A stretch of DNA of 64,000 bases, taken from Hyphomicrobiales bacterium. Its GTDB lineage: Bacteria > Pseudomonadota > Alphaproteobacteria > SPJN01. The notes beneath the pieces are model-generated. The model saw only the letters and a program-made list of their open reading frames with translations, was not told where the DNA came from and searched no databases. The stretch spans positions 74,024 through 138,023 of the forward strand of contig SPJN01000001.1 of assembly GCA_006844605.1 (NCBI GenBank), in the 5' to 3' direction. Of this stretch, positions 1 through 9,120 are shown piece after piece; position 1 is the stretch's first letter; every line of letters begins with the position of its first letter. A program made the position numbers and the translations under genes.

Positions 1-1
1 C

Positions 2-652
2 CCTGTCGAAGATGCCATTGCCGCCTATGATTGGGTGCTGGAGCAGGGCTTTGACCCCAGCCGTATCGGTATTGCCGGCGATAGCGCCGGTGGTGGCTTG
101 ACTTTTGCCACGCTTGCCAAAATCAGGGATACGGATCGGCCAATGCCTGCGGTGGCATTCGGCATTTCCCCGTGGACTGATTTGGCGTGTACGGGCAAGT
201 CACTGCGCACCAATGCCAAGGCTGACCCAATGTTTGATCCCGGCGCTATTCCGCGTGCGGTTGATTTCTATTTGCAGGGGGCTGATCCCTACGACCCTTA
301 TGCCTCACCGCTTTACGCAGATTTTGAAGGCTTTCCGCCGACCATGATCCATGTCGGCTCTTCTGAAATCCTGCTCGATGATGCGCGCCGCCTTGCCCAT
401 AATATGAAAGAGGCCGGCGTGATGGTTGAGCTGGAGGTCTGGCGCAACATGCCCCATGTCTGGCATGTGTTCGCACCGTTCCTGCCCGAATCCACACAGG
501 CCATCTCGCGCGGTGCTCGCTTCTTGTTGCGCCACATGGCAGAGGGGCGCGAGCGTCGCTCAGCCTCGATCACCTATTTGGAAAGTCATCGCGAAGCGCC
601 GATTTCACGCGCACCGCGTCGGCACGCCAAGATGTCCGGCGACAGCAAATAG
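2..652 (+). CDS. alpha/beta-hydrolase fold esterase/lipase (HSL family), 5'-truncated by window edge
   Basis: In frame 2 from base 2 the translation reads PVEDAIAAYDWVLEQG... with the GDSAGG nucleophile elbow (IAGDSAGGGL). A catalytic-His region (NMPHVWH) lies near the C-terminus. There is no start codon inside the window; the ORF track begins at an internal Met at 35. Confidence 0.7.
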   Translation, partial: PVEDAIAAYDWVLEQGFDPSRIGIAGDSAGGGLTFATLAKIRDTDRPMPAVAFGISPWTDLACTGKSLRTNAKADPMFDPGAIPRAVDFYLQGADPYDPYASPLYADFEGFPPTMIHVGSSEILLDDARRLAHNMKEAGVMVELEVWRNMPHVWHVFAPFLPESTQAISRGARFLLRHMAEGRERRSASITYLESHREAPISRAPRRHAKMSGDSK

Positions 653-682
653 CATCGCCAGCATTTAGGGGGCGCTGTCTAA

Positions 683-744
683 CTGAATGTGCGCTGTCTA
701 AAAGGGGCACTATCTGAATGTGCGCTGATTTAATGGGGGAGATC
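683..744. repeat. tandem direct repeat (~31-bp unit; CTGAATGTGCGCTG core at 683-696 and 714-727) upstream of glsB-like gene
   Basis: Seen directly: GCGCTGTCTAA-CTGAATGTGCGCTGTCTAAAAGGGGCACTAT-CTGAATGTGCGCTGATTTAATGGGGGAG. The 14-mer is exactly duplicated and ends 5 bp before the ATG at 749. Confidence 0.4.
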
Positions 745-748
745 TGTA

Positions 749-994
749 ATGGGTATTTTAAGCTGGATTTTGCTTGGCCTTGTGGCCGGAGCGTTGGCGA
801 AATGGATTATGCCGGGACGTGACCCCGGCGGCTGGATGATCACCATTGTCATTGGTATCGTTGGCGCAATGATCGGTGGCTTTGTTGCCGGGTTCTTCGG
901 CTTTGGCGGTGTTGATGGGTTCAACATCGGCTCGCTTGTTATTGCCGTTGGTGGTGCCTTGCTTCTTTTGTTTGCGTATCGCAAGCTGGCCTAG
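749..994 (+). CDS. GlsB/YeaQ/YmgE family stress-response membrane protein (transglycosylase-associated)
   Basis: An 81-aa Gly-rich double-TM peptide (WILLGLVAGALAKWIMPG...IVIGIVGAMIGGFVAGFFGF), typical of this family. A GGGGGAG Shine-Dalgarno sits 6 nt upstream. Confidence 0.8.
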   Translation: MGILSWILLGLVAGALAKWIMPGRDPGGWMITIVIGIVGAMIGGFVAGFFGFGGVDGFNIGSLVIAVGGALLLLFAYRKLA

Positions 995-1055
995 AATTAT
1001 ATTCCTATACACTTGATCGATCTGTTCTGGTCGGTCCCAGCAGGATTAGCGCCGC

Positions 1056-2576
1056 TTGGTCGTTCGCATTCGTACCGTTGCCTTTGAAGGCATCGCCATC
1101 AAACCTGTCGAAGTTCAGGTGCAGATCGCCAGCGGTCTGCCTGCCTTTACGCTTGTGGGGTTGGCCGACAAGGCCGTGACAGAGGCAAAGGAACGTGTCC
1201 GTTCTGCCATCACCGCGCTGGGCCTTGCGATGCCCGCCAAACGCATCACCGTTAATCTGGCCCCCGCCGATCTGCCCAAAGAAGGCAGCCATTATGATCT
1301 GCCGATTGTCTTGGGACTGATGGCTGCAATGGGGGCGATTGACCCGGTTGAGGTGCAAGGCCCGATCGTGATGGGCGAATTGGCCTTGGATGGCGCGCTT
1401 GCCCCTGTGCCTGGTGTGTTGCCTGCGGGTCTGTTTGCAGCAGAACACGACACAATGCTGATCTGTCCGGCTGAAAATGGTGCCGAGGCGCTGTGGGCCA
1501 GTCCTGATTTGCAGATCATCGCCGCCCCGTCATTGCGTGCGGTGATCGATCATCTTAGTGGACAAAACTCTTGTCCCTTGCCTGACCTGAAAGCAGGTTT
1601 GGACAAGGGGGAAGAGAATGGCCCGCTGGGCCTGCTTGATCTGAAAGACGTGAAGGGCCAGGAAACTGCCAAACGTGCGTTGGAGGTGGCAGCGGCAGGG
1701 TCCCACAATATGTTGATGGTTGGCCCGCCCGGTGCGGGCAAATCGATGTTGGCGGCGCGCCTGCCGTCGATCCTGCCGCCCCTGACCCCGCGCGAGGCAC
1801 TGGATCTTGCCATGGTCCGCTCCCTTGCCGGGGCCGAAGATGGCGCGGTAATGCGGGCGGCCCGTCCATTTCGCAACCCGCATCATTCGGCAAGCATGGC
1901 GGCATTAATTGGTGGCGGTCAACGCGCTCGTCCCGGCGAGGTATCGCTTGCCCATTGTGGTGTTTTGTTTTTGGACGAGTTGCCTGAATTTGCGCGCCCC
2001 GTTTTGGATGCCTTGCGGCAACCATTGGAATCGGCGCAGGCGGTGATTGCGCGCGCCAATCGGCATGTGACCTATCCCGCTGATGTGCAGTTGGTGGCGG
2101 CCATGAACCCCTGCCGTTGCGGTTATATGGGTGACCCGGCGCGCGCCTGTTCACGTGTGCCCCGCTGTGGCGAGGACTATCAGGCCAAGATTTCCGGCCC
2201 CCTGTTGGATCGTATCGATATCCGTATTGATGTGCCGCCGGTTCGTCCGCGTGATCTGGCGCTTCCCGAAGCAAAAGAAGGCAGCGCAGAGGTGCGCGCC
2301 CGTGTCATTGCCGCTCGTGATGCGCAAACCGAACGTTATAAAGACCTGCCGATCCGCAGTAACGCACAGGCTGATAATCAGGTGCTTAATGAACGTGGCG
2401 GGATAGCCCCCGATGCGATGGAATTGGCGTTGCAGGCAGCTGACAAATTTGCCCTGTCGGCACGCGGTTTTGTGCGCGTGTTACGGGTTGGGCGCACCAT
2501 CGCGGATCTTGATGCCAGCGAAGCGGTGCACAAAATCCATATGGGCGAGGCGTTGTCCCTGCGCCGCGCTGTTTAG
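1056..2576 (+). CDS. comM: YifB/ComM family Mg-chelatase-like AAA+ ATPase
   Basis: N-terminal Lon-protease-like domain, Walker A MVGPPGAGKSMLA, Walker B FLDELPEF and a C-terminal ChlI-like region. TTG at 1056 is the first start after an in-frame stop. Confidence 0.85.
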   Translation: MVVRIRTVAFEGIAIKPVEVQVQIASGLPAFTLVGLADKAVTEAKERVRSAITALGLAMPAKRITVNLAPADLPKEGSHYDLPIVLGLMAAMGAIDPVEVQGPIVMGELALDGALAPVPGVLPAGLFAAEHDTMLICPAENGAEALWASPDLQIIAAPSLRAVIDHLSGQNSCPLPDLKAGLDKGEENGPLGLLDLKDVKGQETAKRALEVAAAGSHNMLMVGPPGAGKSMLAARLPSILPPLTPREALDLAMVRSLAGAEDGAVMRAARPFRNPHHSASMAALIGGGQRARPGEVSLAHCGVLFLDELPEFARPVLDALRQPLESAQAVIARANRHVTYPADVQLVAAMNPCRCGYMGDPARACSRVPRCGEDYQAKISGPLLDRIDIRIDVPPVRPRDLALPEAKEGSAEVRARVIAARDAQTERYKDLPIRSNAQADNQVLNERGGIAPDAMELALQAADKFALSARGFVRVLRVGRTIADLDASEAVHKIHMGEALSLRRAV

Positions 2577-2633
2577 GCGGCCTGTTCCCCTGATCTTGCT
2601 TCTTGATTTCGCCATCATTGCGGGCGAGTGTCG

Positions 2634-4001
2634 ATGCAATTGCATTTAGAAACTGTTGTGAACCCTATGTCCGACCAGACGAGCCCCATCGTTCAGAGAA
2701 AATCAGTGTTGCAAGCGCTGCGCGTTTATTTTGAAGCGCCGGTCTTCACCATGATTCTGTTTGGTTTTGCCAGTGGCTTGCCGTTGGCGTTGACCGGATC
2801 AACTCTGCTGGGTTGGATGACAGAGGAAGGGGTCAGCCTGACCAGCATTGGTCTGTTTGCCTCTGTCGGGGTGCCATACTCGTTAAAGTTTTTGTGGTCC
2901 CCATTGATTGATGGTGTGCCACTACCGGTTATGACCCGTTTGTTTGGGCGGCGGCGCGGGTGGCTGATCACACTTCAGATATTGTTAATCGGGGCGATTG
3001 TGCTGTTGGGCATGAATGATCCGACATCCAGCCTGTTTGTCACGGCGGTGTTGGCGCTGGCGGTTTCAACATTGTCGGCCAGTCAGGACATCGTAATCGA
3101 TGCGTTCCGCATTGAAAGTCTTGATGAAGACCGCATGGCGGCAGGCGCGTCTGCCTATGTGTTCGGCTATCGGGCCGGGATGTTGTTGTCTGGCGCGGGG
3201 GCATTCGCGCTGGCTGAATTTTATAGCTGGCCGATGGCCTATTTCGTGATGGCGGCTGCATTGGGCGTGATGATCTTTGTCACCCTTTGGCGGCCTGAGC
3301 CTGCTGAAGTGCCTCCTGAAGATGCCGAGGGAGACGCGGCGGCAGGGCCTGCGGGCAGTATCGGGCATTTCATCAAACACAGCGTGATCGGCCCGTTTGC
3401 TGATTTCATGACCCGCCGACAATGGTGGCTGATCCTGCTGTTCATCATGTTCTATAAATTCGGCGATTCGTTGGCCGGCGTCATGACCACGCCTTTTTTG
3501 CTGACAATCGGGTTTGAAAAACTGGAAATTGTCGGGATCGTCAAAACATTCGGGTTTGCTGCCACGATGGCTGGATTTGCCCTTGGCGGGCCTTTGGCAG
3601 CAGGCATGGGGCTGGTGCGGGCATTGTGGATTGCCGGGGTTTTGCAAATGTTATCGAACTTAATGTTTGCAGTTCAGGCAGTTGCAGGCGCTGACCCCAC
3701 CATCCTGACAGCCACAATTGCCATAGAAAATTTGGCTGGCGGACTGGGGACAGCGGTTTTTGTCGCCTATATGTCAAGCCTGTGTCATATTTCTTACACA
3801 GCAACGCAATACGCCTTACTGTCATCCTTCATGGCGTTTGCCCGGACCCTCTTATCTTCCGGTGCAGGTGCGATGGCGGATTGGCTTGACTGGACGGGGT
3901 TCTTCTTGATGACGACCGTTGCAGCCTTGCCCGGATTTGTTTTCCTGTGGGTGATCACCCGCAAGCAGGATGCAAGTGTTGACAGCAACAGTCGGGCATA
4001 G
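2634..4001 (+). CDS. ampG: AmpG-family MFS muropeptide permease
   Basis: About 12-14 TM segments, an MFYKFGDSLAGVMTTPFLL signature and AmpG-like length. ATG at 2634 follows the GTG at 2628; the start is uncertain, with 2664 as an alternative. Confidence 0.7.
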   Translation: MQLHLETVVNPMSDQTSPIVQRKSVLQALRVYFEAPVFTMILFGFASGLPLALTGSTLLGWMTEEGVSLTSIGLFASVGVPYSLKFLWSPLIDGVPLPVMTRLFGRRRGWLITLQILLIGAIVLLGMNDPTSSLFVTAVLALAVSTLSASQDIVIDAFRIESLDEDRMAAGASAYVFGYRAGMLLSGAGAFALAEFYSWPMAYFVMAAALGVMIFVTLWRPEPAEVPPEDAEGDAAAGPAGSIGHFIKHSVIGPFADFMTRRQWWLILLFIMFYKFGDSLAGVMTTPFLLTIGFEKLEIVGIVKTFGFAATMAGFALGGPLAAGMGLVRALWIAGVLQMLSNLMFAVQAVAGADPTILTATIAIENLAGGLGTAVFVAYMSSLCHISYTATQYALLSSFMAFARTLLSSGAGAMADWLDWTGFFLMTTVAALPGFVFLWVITRKQDASVDSNSRA

Positions 4002-4068
4002 GCGAAACGGATCGTAACATGAATGACATATCGTTCGACCATACCATTCAAGCCATTGGACCTTGCAA

Positions 4069-4977
4069 ATGAGTGGTGATGACATGAACAAATTGACGAC
4101 CCCCGGTCGCTTGAGGCAGGAATTTTCCGGCGGGATCAAGGTTGACCAACGGAATCCGAAGGCCGCGCCGATTGAGGGACGCATACTGGCGAAGGCCGGT
4201 GACCTTGAAGTGCGCTTGGCTGAAACCGCCAGTGAAATACGTGCCTCGCAAGCGTTGCGTTACAAGGTTTTCTATAAGGAAATGTCCGCCAAGCCATCTG
4301 CCGATATGGCAGCGGTTGAACGTGACTTTGACGCTTTTGACGACGTGACAGATCATTTGTTGGTCATTGATCGGTCACGCACAGGCGATGATGCTGTGGT
4401 TGGCACCTATCGTTTGTTGCGGCAGGAAGTGGCGATGCGCAATGACGGGTTTTACAGCGTGTCTGAATTTGATATTGCGCATCTGTTGGAAAACGGATTG
4501 GGCAAGGTTGACGAGCGTAACACCCAGTTTCTTGAACTTGGTCGGTCTTGTGTGCGGGACGGGTATCGCAGCAATGCAACGATCCAGTTGTTGTGGCGCG
4601 GCATCACTGATTATGTCGTGCATCACAAAATCGGCTGCATGTTCGGTTGCGCCAGTCTTGAGGGGATTGACCCTGACAAGCTGGCAGTGCCGCTATCGTT
4701 CCTGCATCACAATTTTTCACCCGAACCGCGCTGGATGGTACGGGCCTTGCCTGATCTTTATGTGAATATGAACCGCATTCCCGCAGATCAACTTGATATG
4801 AAGGCAGCTTTGCGCGGCCTTGCTCCGCTGATCAAGGGCTATCTGCGGCTCGGTGCCTTTATCGGTGACGGCGCGGTTGTTGACCATCAATTCGGCACAA
4901 CAGACGTGGCAATTATTTTGCCGGTTGAGCGTATCTCAGACCGTTATGTCAAACGCTATGACAAGTCAGGCAGCTGA
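4069..4977 (+). CDS. olsB: GNAT-type N-acyltransferase, ornithine-lipid (lyso-OL) synthase OlsB-like
   Basis: About 300 aa with LEVRLAETASEIRASQALRYKVFYKEMSA at the N-terminus, as in OlsB and hemolysin-like N-acyl amino-acid synthases. The start (4069 vs 4084) is uncertain. Confidence 0.6.
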   Translation: MSGDDMNKLTTPGRLRQEFSGGIKVDQRNPKAAPIEGRILAKAGDLEVRLAETASEIRASQALRYKVFYKEMSAKPSADMAAVERDFDAFDDVTDHLLVIDRSRTGDDAVVGTYRLLRQEVAMRNDGFYSVSEFDIAHLLENGLGKVDERNTQFLELGRSCVRDGYRSNATIQLLWRGITDYVVHHKIGCMFGCASLEGIDPDKLAVPLSFLHHNFSPEPRWMVRALPDLYVNMNRIPADQLDMKAALRGLAPLIKGYLRLGAFIGDGAVVDHQFGTTDVAIILPVERISDRYVKRYDKSGS

Positions 4978-5011
4978 CGTCATCTGCATAACGTCAACCA
5001 CGTAATATCAA

Positions 5012-7660
5012 CTAATTGGCAAGTGGTGCCCGAACCGCGCGACGGCGGGGCACCAGCTTGTCGATCACAACCGCCAAGGCGGGCAGGGCGGTAACCGCGC
5101 CTACCATGTTCAGCACAAACATCACACAAAGCAGCAGGCCCATTTCTGCCTGAAATTGCAGGTCTGACCAGGCCCAGGCGATGACGCCCAATGCCAATGT
5201 CAGGGCGGTTGCAATCACGGCGCTGCCTGTTTCTGCAATAGATTGGCGATAGGCATCAACCACATCATGACCGCGCGACAGGTGATGTTGTAGGCGGTTA
5301 TAGATATAAAAGGCGTAGTCAACGCCGACGCCGACTGCCAATACCAGCACGGGCAGGGTGGCAACTGATAGACCAATGTCCATCACGCTCATAAACCAGT
5401 AGCCGGAAAAAGTTGCCCCGGTCAGTGGCAGGGTACAGCATATAGTGGCGCGCCAGTCACGATAGGTGACAGCGACGAGCAGAATGATCACGGCATAAAC
5501 GATAAGGAAGGCGCGAATTTCCTGCCGCTCAACCTCTTCATTCAGGGCGGCTTGAATACCGGCATTCCCCCCGGCCAGACGATAGCGGGCATAATCCATT
5601 GTTCCGCAATAGATCTGAATGTCCTTGATCAGTGGTTCAAGGTTAGTGCGCCCTTCGGCCCATTCACACATTTGGTTGATCGGCTCATGCGGGGGGCGCG
5701 CGTCGATTGAGCCGCGGCCCTGACGGTTGCCAAACTCATTGATGAAGATCACGACCCGTTCATGGGCGCAGAAATTATCAATCTGCTGCCCGCCCGGCAG
5801 GGTGGAATTCAGTACCACGTGATCAATGCAAAACCGTAACGTGGCGTTGGCAATTTGTGATTTGGCCTGTGCCGATATTGGTTGATGGCGTTGATACTGG
5901 TTCACCTCATCAATTACCCGTGACAAGGTGGTGTCCGCATGGTCAACCAGTGTCAGCGCCACAGGCACCATCCGGCAGGTGGGGTCAAGCAGTTGTCCGC
6001 CCAACCCCGCAGCATCAATAGTGCGGGCAATGTCGGCGGGGTCATCGGGCAGCATGTCCATGCCCCAATAGGCGCGCTGTGCGGCCGCAAGTTTTGTTGT
6101 GACGGCATCGGCGCGGGCGACCCCTTCAACAGTTGCCATTTTACTGCGGAAACGTTCAACTTTTTCAAGACCCGCCTTGGTGCGGCATTGCCCGTGGGGC
6201 AGTTCAACCGCGATGGCCAGCTTGTCTGTCCCGGCAGAAAACAGTGCCGCAATAGTGGTGGCATCCTGATTATAGCGATCTTCAGCATGTAGTTCAGGCG
6301 CGCCATGTTTGTCGTCACCGATTTGGCGGTCGCGGCTTTGCCAAACTGATGTGCCGATCACCAGCATGGTGATGAGCGTGACCAAAAATGCGTAACGCGG
6401 TTCCGCAACCCAGCCCAAACGCGCCAGCAATTGTTCGCGTTTGTGGCGGACCCGCGTGATGCGACTGCGATAGGCATGGCTGTAGGGCAGGTAGGAGCCG
6501 ATGATGGGTAGCAGCACCAGATTGGACAGGATCATAAAGCCCAGTCCGGTCATCGCAGCGATAGAGATATCGCGGATCAGCGGGATCGGCACCAACATCA
6601 AGGTGCCAAAGCCGATCAGGTCGGTCAGCAACGCCATCGACCCGGGGATCATCAATTGCCTGAAGCTGGCCCGTGCTGCCTCCAGCGGGGTGTGGCCCGA
6701 GCAGACGGATCGGCTAAGTCGATTGACCTGCTGCAATCCGTGCGAGATGCCGATAGCAAATAACAGGAACGGGATCAGCACACCCAGCGGATCAAACGTT
6801 ACCCCCGCCATTGCCAGCACGCCAACCTGCCACGTCACCGCAAGGCTTGAACAGAAGGTCGCCAACATGCCCAACCAGATCGAACGGGCAAAATAGATCA
6901 CAAACAGGAAGGTCATGATGGCCGATAGGGCGATAAATTGAATCACTTCCTGCGCATGTTCGGCAATCGCCCCGATACGTTTTGCAAAGCCGACAATAAG
7001 CACCTGTCTGCCATCGCGTTCAAAACGGGGGCGCAAATCTTGTTCTATCGCCTGATTCAGATTGGCAAAACCCGTACCATTGAGCTGGCTGTAAACGCGC
7101 ACCGTGATCAGGCTGGCATTGTTGTTGTCGCCGATCAAAAGACCTTCAAGATTGCCCCGTTCTGCACGCGCCTGCATGGCGGCAAGATCATCGGGGGTTA
7201 ACTCTGCCAGCGCACGCCCTTGCGGCACCAGCGGCGCAATCTCAAGCCCATCATCGCCCCAGACCTGTTCACCAACCGTGGGGGACAGAATTGATGTGAC
7301 AGTTTCCTGATGGATATAGGGCAGCGTGCGCACTGCTGCCTCCAACGCTGCCAATTCCTGCAAATACTCAGGGTCATAGATGCTTTGCCCTTCGCGTTGG
7401 GTCAGGGCGATGGCCAATTCGTCAGCTGGGGTCAGGTCATTGCCGTAATGGGCAAATGTTTTGATATAGGGGTGGGATTGCGGCAGTTGCTTGTCGAATT
7501 GCGAATCAAACTTGATGTCCGCCATGCCCCAAATGGCAATGCCGGTCAGGACAGTAAACAACAGCACTGTGATGGGGCGGCTGGCGAAAAAAAGCCCCTC
7601 AAACATGGTTATCAGGTTGGCCGGAAATGATCCGGCGCGTTGTCCTGTTTGATGTGCCAT
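5012..7660 (-). CDS. RND-superfamily exporter (MMPL/HpnN-like, two sterol-sensing-like TM bundles)
   Basis: An 880-aa protein with two periplasmic loops and two 5-6 TM clusters (the GxSxxxD region in LAVTWQ...), the MMPL/HpnN architecture. The ATG at 7660 gives MAHQTGQ; the 888-aa ORF in the track is probably a short N-terminal extension. Confidence 0.7.
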   Translation of the reverse strand: MAHQTGQRAGSFPANLITMFEGLFFASRPITVLLFTVLTGIAIWGMADIKFDSQFDKQLPQSHPYIKTFAHYGNDLTPADELAIALTQREGQSIYDPEYLQELAALEAAVRTLPYIHQETVTSILSPTVGEQVWGDDGLEIAPLVPQGRALAELTPDDLAAMQARAERGNLEGLLIGDNNNASLITVRVYSQLNGTGFANLNQAIEQDLRPRFERDGRQVLIVGFAKRIGAIAEHAQEVIQFIALSAIMTFLFVIYFARSIWLGMLATFCSSLAVTWQVGVLAMAGVTFDPLGVLIPFLLFAIGISHGLQQVNRLSRSVCSGHTPLEAARASFRQLMIPGSMALLTDLIGFGTLMLVPIPLIRDISIAAMTGLGFMILSNLVLLPIIGSYLPYSHAYRSRITRVRHKREQLLARLGWVAEPRYAFLVTLITMLVIGTSVWQSRDRQIGDDKHGAPELHAEDRYNQDATTIAALFSAGTDKLAIAVELPHGQCRTKAGLEKVERFRSKMATVEGVARADAVTTKLAAAQRAYWGMDMLPDDPADIARTIDAAGLGGQLLDPTCRMVPVALTLVDHADTTLSRVIDEVNQYQRHQPISAQAKSQIANATLRFCIDHVVLNSTLPGGQQIDNFCAHERVVIFINEFGNRQGRGSIDARPPHEPINQMCEWAEGRTNLEPLIKDIQIYCGTMDYARYRLAGGNAGIQAALNEEVERQEIRAFLIVYAVIILLVAVTYRDWRATICCTLPLTGATFSGYWFMSVMDIGLSVATLPVLVLAVGVGVDYAFYIYNRLQHHLSRGHDVVDAYRQSIAETGSAVIATALTLALGVIAWAWSDLQFQAEMGLLLCVMFVLNMVGAVTALPALAVVIDKLVPRRRAVRAPLAN

Positions 7661-7842
7661 TCGATAGCCCCAATTCACACTTGCGCGATTTCGTGCCGCG
7701 TTGTCCCGTTTCGATTGCAGTCTAAGTGCTTTTGATCATTTGGCAATCACTTGAAATCGGGTTGGCGATCAAATCGGTCATTCGCCGGACCGCCGTGTCC
7801 GTACCGACCCGGAACAGGTGGGAATGTTTCCGCCCCTAAAAG

Positions 7843-7858
7843 ATGACACAGGCGTCAT
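7843..7858. promoter_or_regulatory. inverted repeat ATGAC-N6-GTCAT (AAGATGAC-N6-GTCATTTT) in divergent promoter region
   Basis: Seen directly in the 254-bp intergenic region shared by the minus-strand RND gene and the plus-strand diiron gene. Confidence 0.3.
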
Positions 7859-7932
7859 TTTGTTCTTGAGAGTCGCAAGAGCGCGCGGCATGATCTGGCC
7901 ACCATTGGGCAACAAATGAGGGAGGCAGTTTT

Positions 7933-9036
7933 ATGACTGACCAGATTACCAAAGACGCAGCCTATAACGCGGTTGCGCCGGATGATTTCAAAAGCATGAT
8001 CGAAGTGGATCGGTACAATGACCGTTCTACACATTTCGACAAGATTATCACCGCAACGCATGATCATTTCTGGGATCCGCTGGACGAAAAATATATCGAC
8101 TTTAACGAGCCATTCGATATTGAAAACGAAATGATCCTGCCGATTGAGCTGGTGCCTGAGCTGCAAACAGAAATCGCAGACAAGCTGACGGACAAGCAGA
8201 AGATTGCCTTTGCCAATGAAAACGCTCGTTGGATGTTGTCTGCCATTTTGCATGGTGAGCAAGGCGCGATGAGCCTGTCTGCAAGCCTGTGCCATATCTT
8301 GCGCGATCCGGGCGCACAGGAATATGCCTCAAACCAGGCACGTGAAGAGGCACGCCATGTGTTGGGCTTCTCCCGTTATATCCAGTCACGTTGGGGCACG
8401 CCGCTGACATGTGGTCAGACCCTGGCTGATTTGCTGGAAGAAATGGTCAACGCACCGCAGGTTTACAAAAAGCTGGTCGGTATGCAGATGCTGGTTGAAG
8501 GTTTGGCAATGGGTGCCTTTGCAACCTTGTTCAATCACGCCAAAGACCCGCTATTGGTTAAGTTGACCCAGTTGGTCATGACTGATGAAGCGTTCCACCA
8601 CAAGTTTGGTAAAATCTGGGCGGACAAAACCATTCCGCATCTGGATACCAAGGAACATGAGATCATCGAAGACTGGGCCGCAAAATGCTTCCAGACTTTG
8701 CTGTTCAACCTGATCAATCCCGAACAGAAGAAAGAGATTTATGGTCAGTTCGGGCTGGATTGGGAATGGTGCATGGAAGTTATGGTCAAGGCTGCAACTG
8801 ATGAAGTGCGCCGCGAACATATGCAGGAATCAACTGATATTTTCCGCGTGTTGATCAAAACACTGCTGAATGCCGGGATCATCACTGATCGGACCAAGCC
8901 ATTCTATGCCATGTATGTGGATATGGATGAATTGGCCAAGGAAGGTGACGAAATGGTTGGTGACGCGATTGCCGAAGAAGGCATCAAGTTCCTGCAAACC
9001 ATCAACTTTTCTGAAAAGGCTGCCGCTGCTGAATAA
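7933..9036 (+). CDS. ferritin-like diiron-carboxylate protein (AurF/CmlI-type oxygenase-like)
   Basis: Candidate diiron ligand motifs are HGEQG (E), EEARH (ExxH), VEGLAMG (E) and DEAFHHKF (ExxH plus H), spaced as in AurF-like N-oxygenases. The protein is 367 aa and soluble. Confidence 0.5.
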   Translation: MTDQITKDAAYNAVAPDDFKSMIEVDRYNDRSTHFDKIITATHDHFWDPLDEKYIDFNEPFDIENEMILPIELVPELQTEIADKLTDKQKIAFANENARWMLSAILHGEQGAMSLSASLCHILRDPGAQEYASNQAREEARHVLGFSRYIQSRWGTPLTCGQTLADLLEEMVNAPQVYKKLVGMQMLVEGLAMGAFATLFNHAKDPLLVKLTQLVMTDEAFHHKFGKIWADKTIPHLDTKEHEIIEDWAAKCFQTLLFNLINPEQKKEIYGQFGLDWEWCMEVMVKAATDEVRREHMQESTDIFRVLIKTLLNAGIITDRTKPFYAMYVDMDELAKEGDEMVGDAIAEEGIKFLQTINFSEKAAAAE

Positions 9037-9062
9037 GCAGCCGTAGCTTCCAGAATAACAAA

Positions 9063-9100
9063 CCCCGCCCGTGCTGATGCGCTGGCGGGGTTTTCTTTTG
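9063..9100 (+). terminator. rho-independent terminator (CCCCGCC...GGCGGGG + TTTTCTTTTG)
   Basis: A GC hairpin at 9063-9090 followed by a T-run, 27 nt after the diiron gene stop. Confidence 0.6.
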
Positions 9101-9120
9101 ATTTGATTGTTCAGTGATGA

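Noticed and set aside
1555-2274. 239-aa minus-strand ORF antisense to the comM-like gene. Other long antisense ORFs fall in the same class, e.g. 28280..28879, 40695..41150, 42067..42588, 56212..57177, 57181..57984 and 60586..61317.
   Set aside because: They lie fully inside well-supported sense genes, have Pro/Arg/His-rich low-complexity translations typical of GC-rich antisense frames, and have no RBS or motifs.
7811-7835. GGAAC motif resembling an EcfG general-stress promoter -35 element
   Set aside because: There is no CGTT -10 element at the required 16-17 nt spacing.
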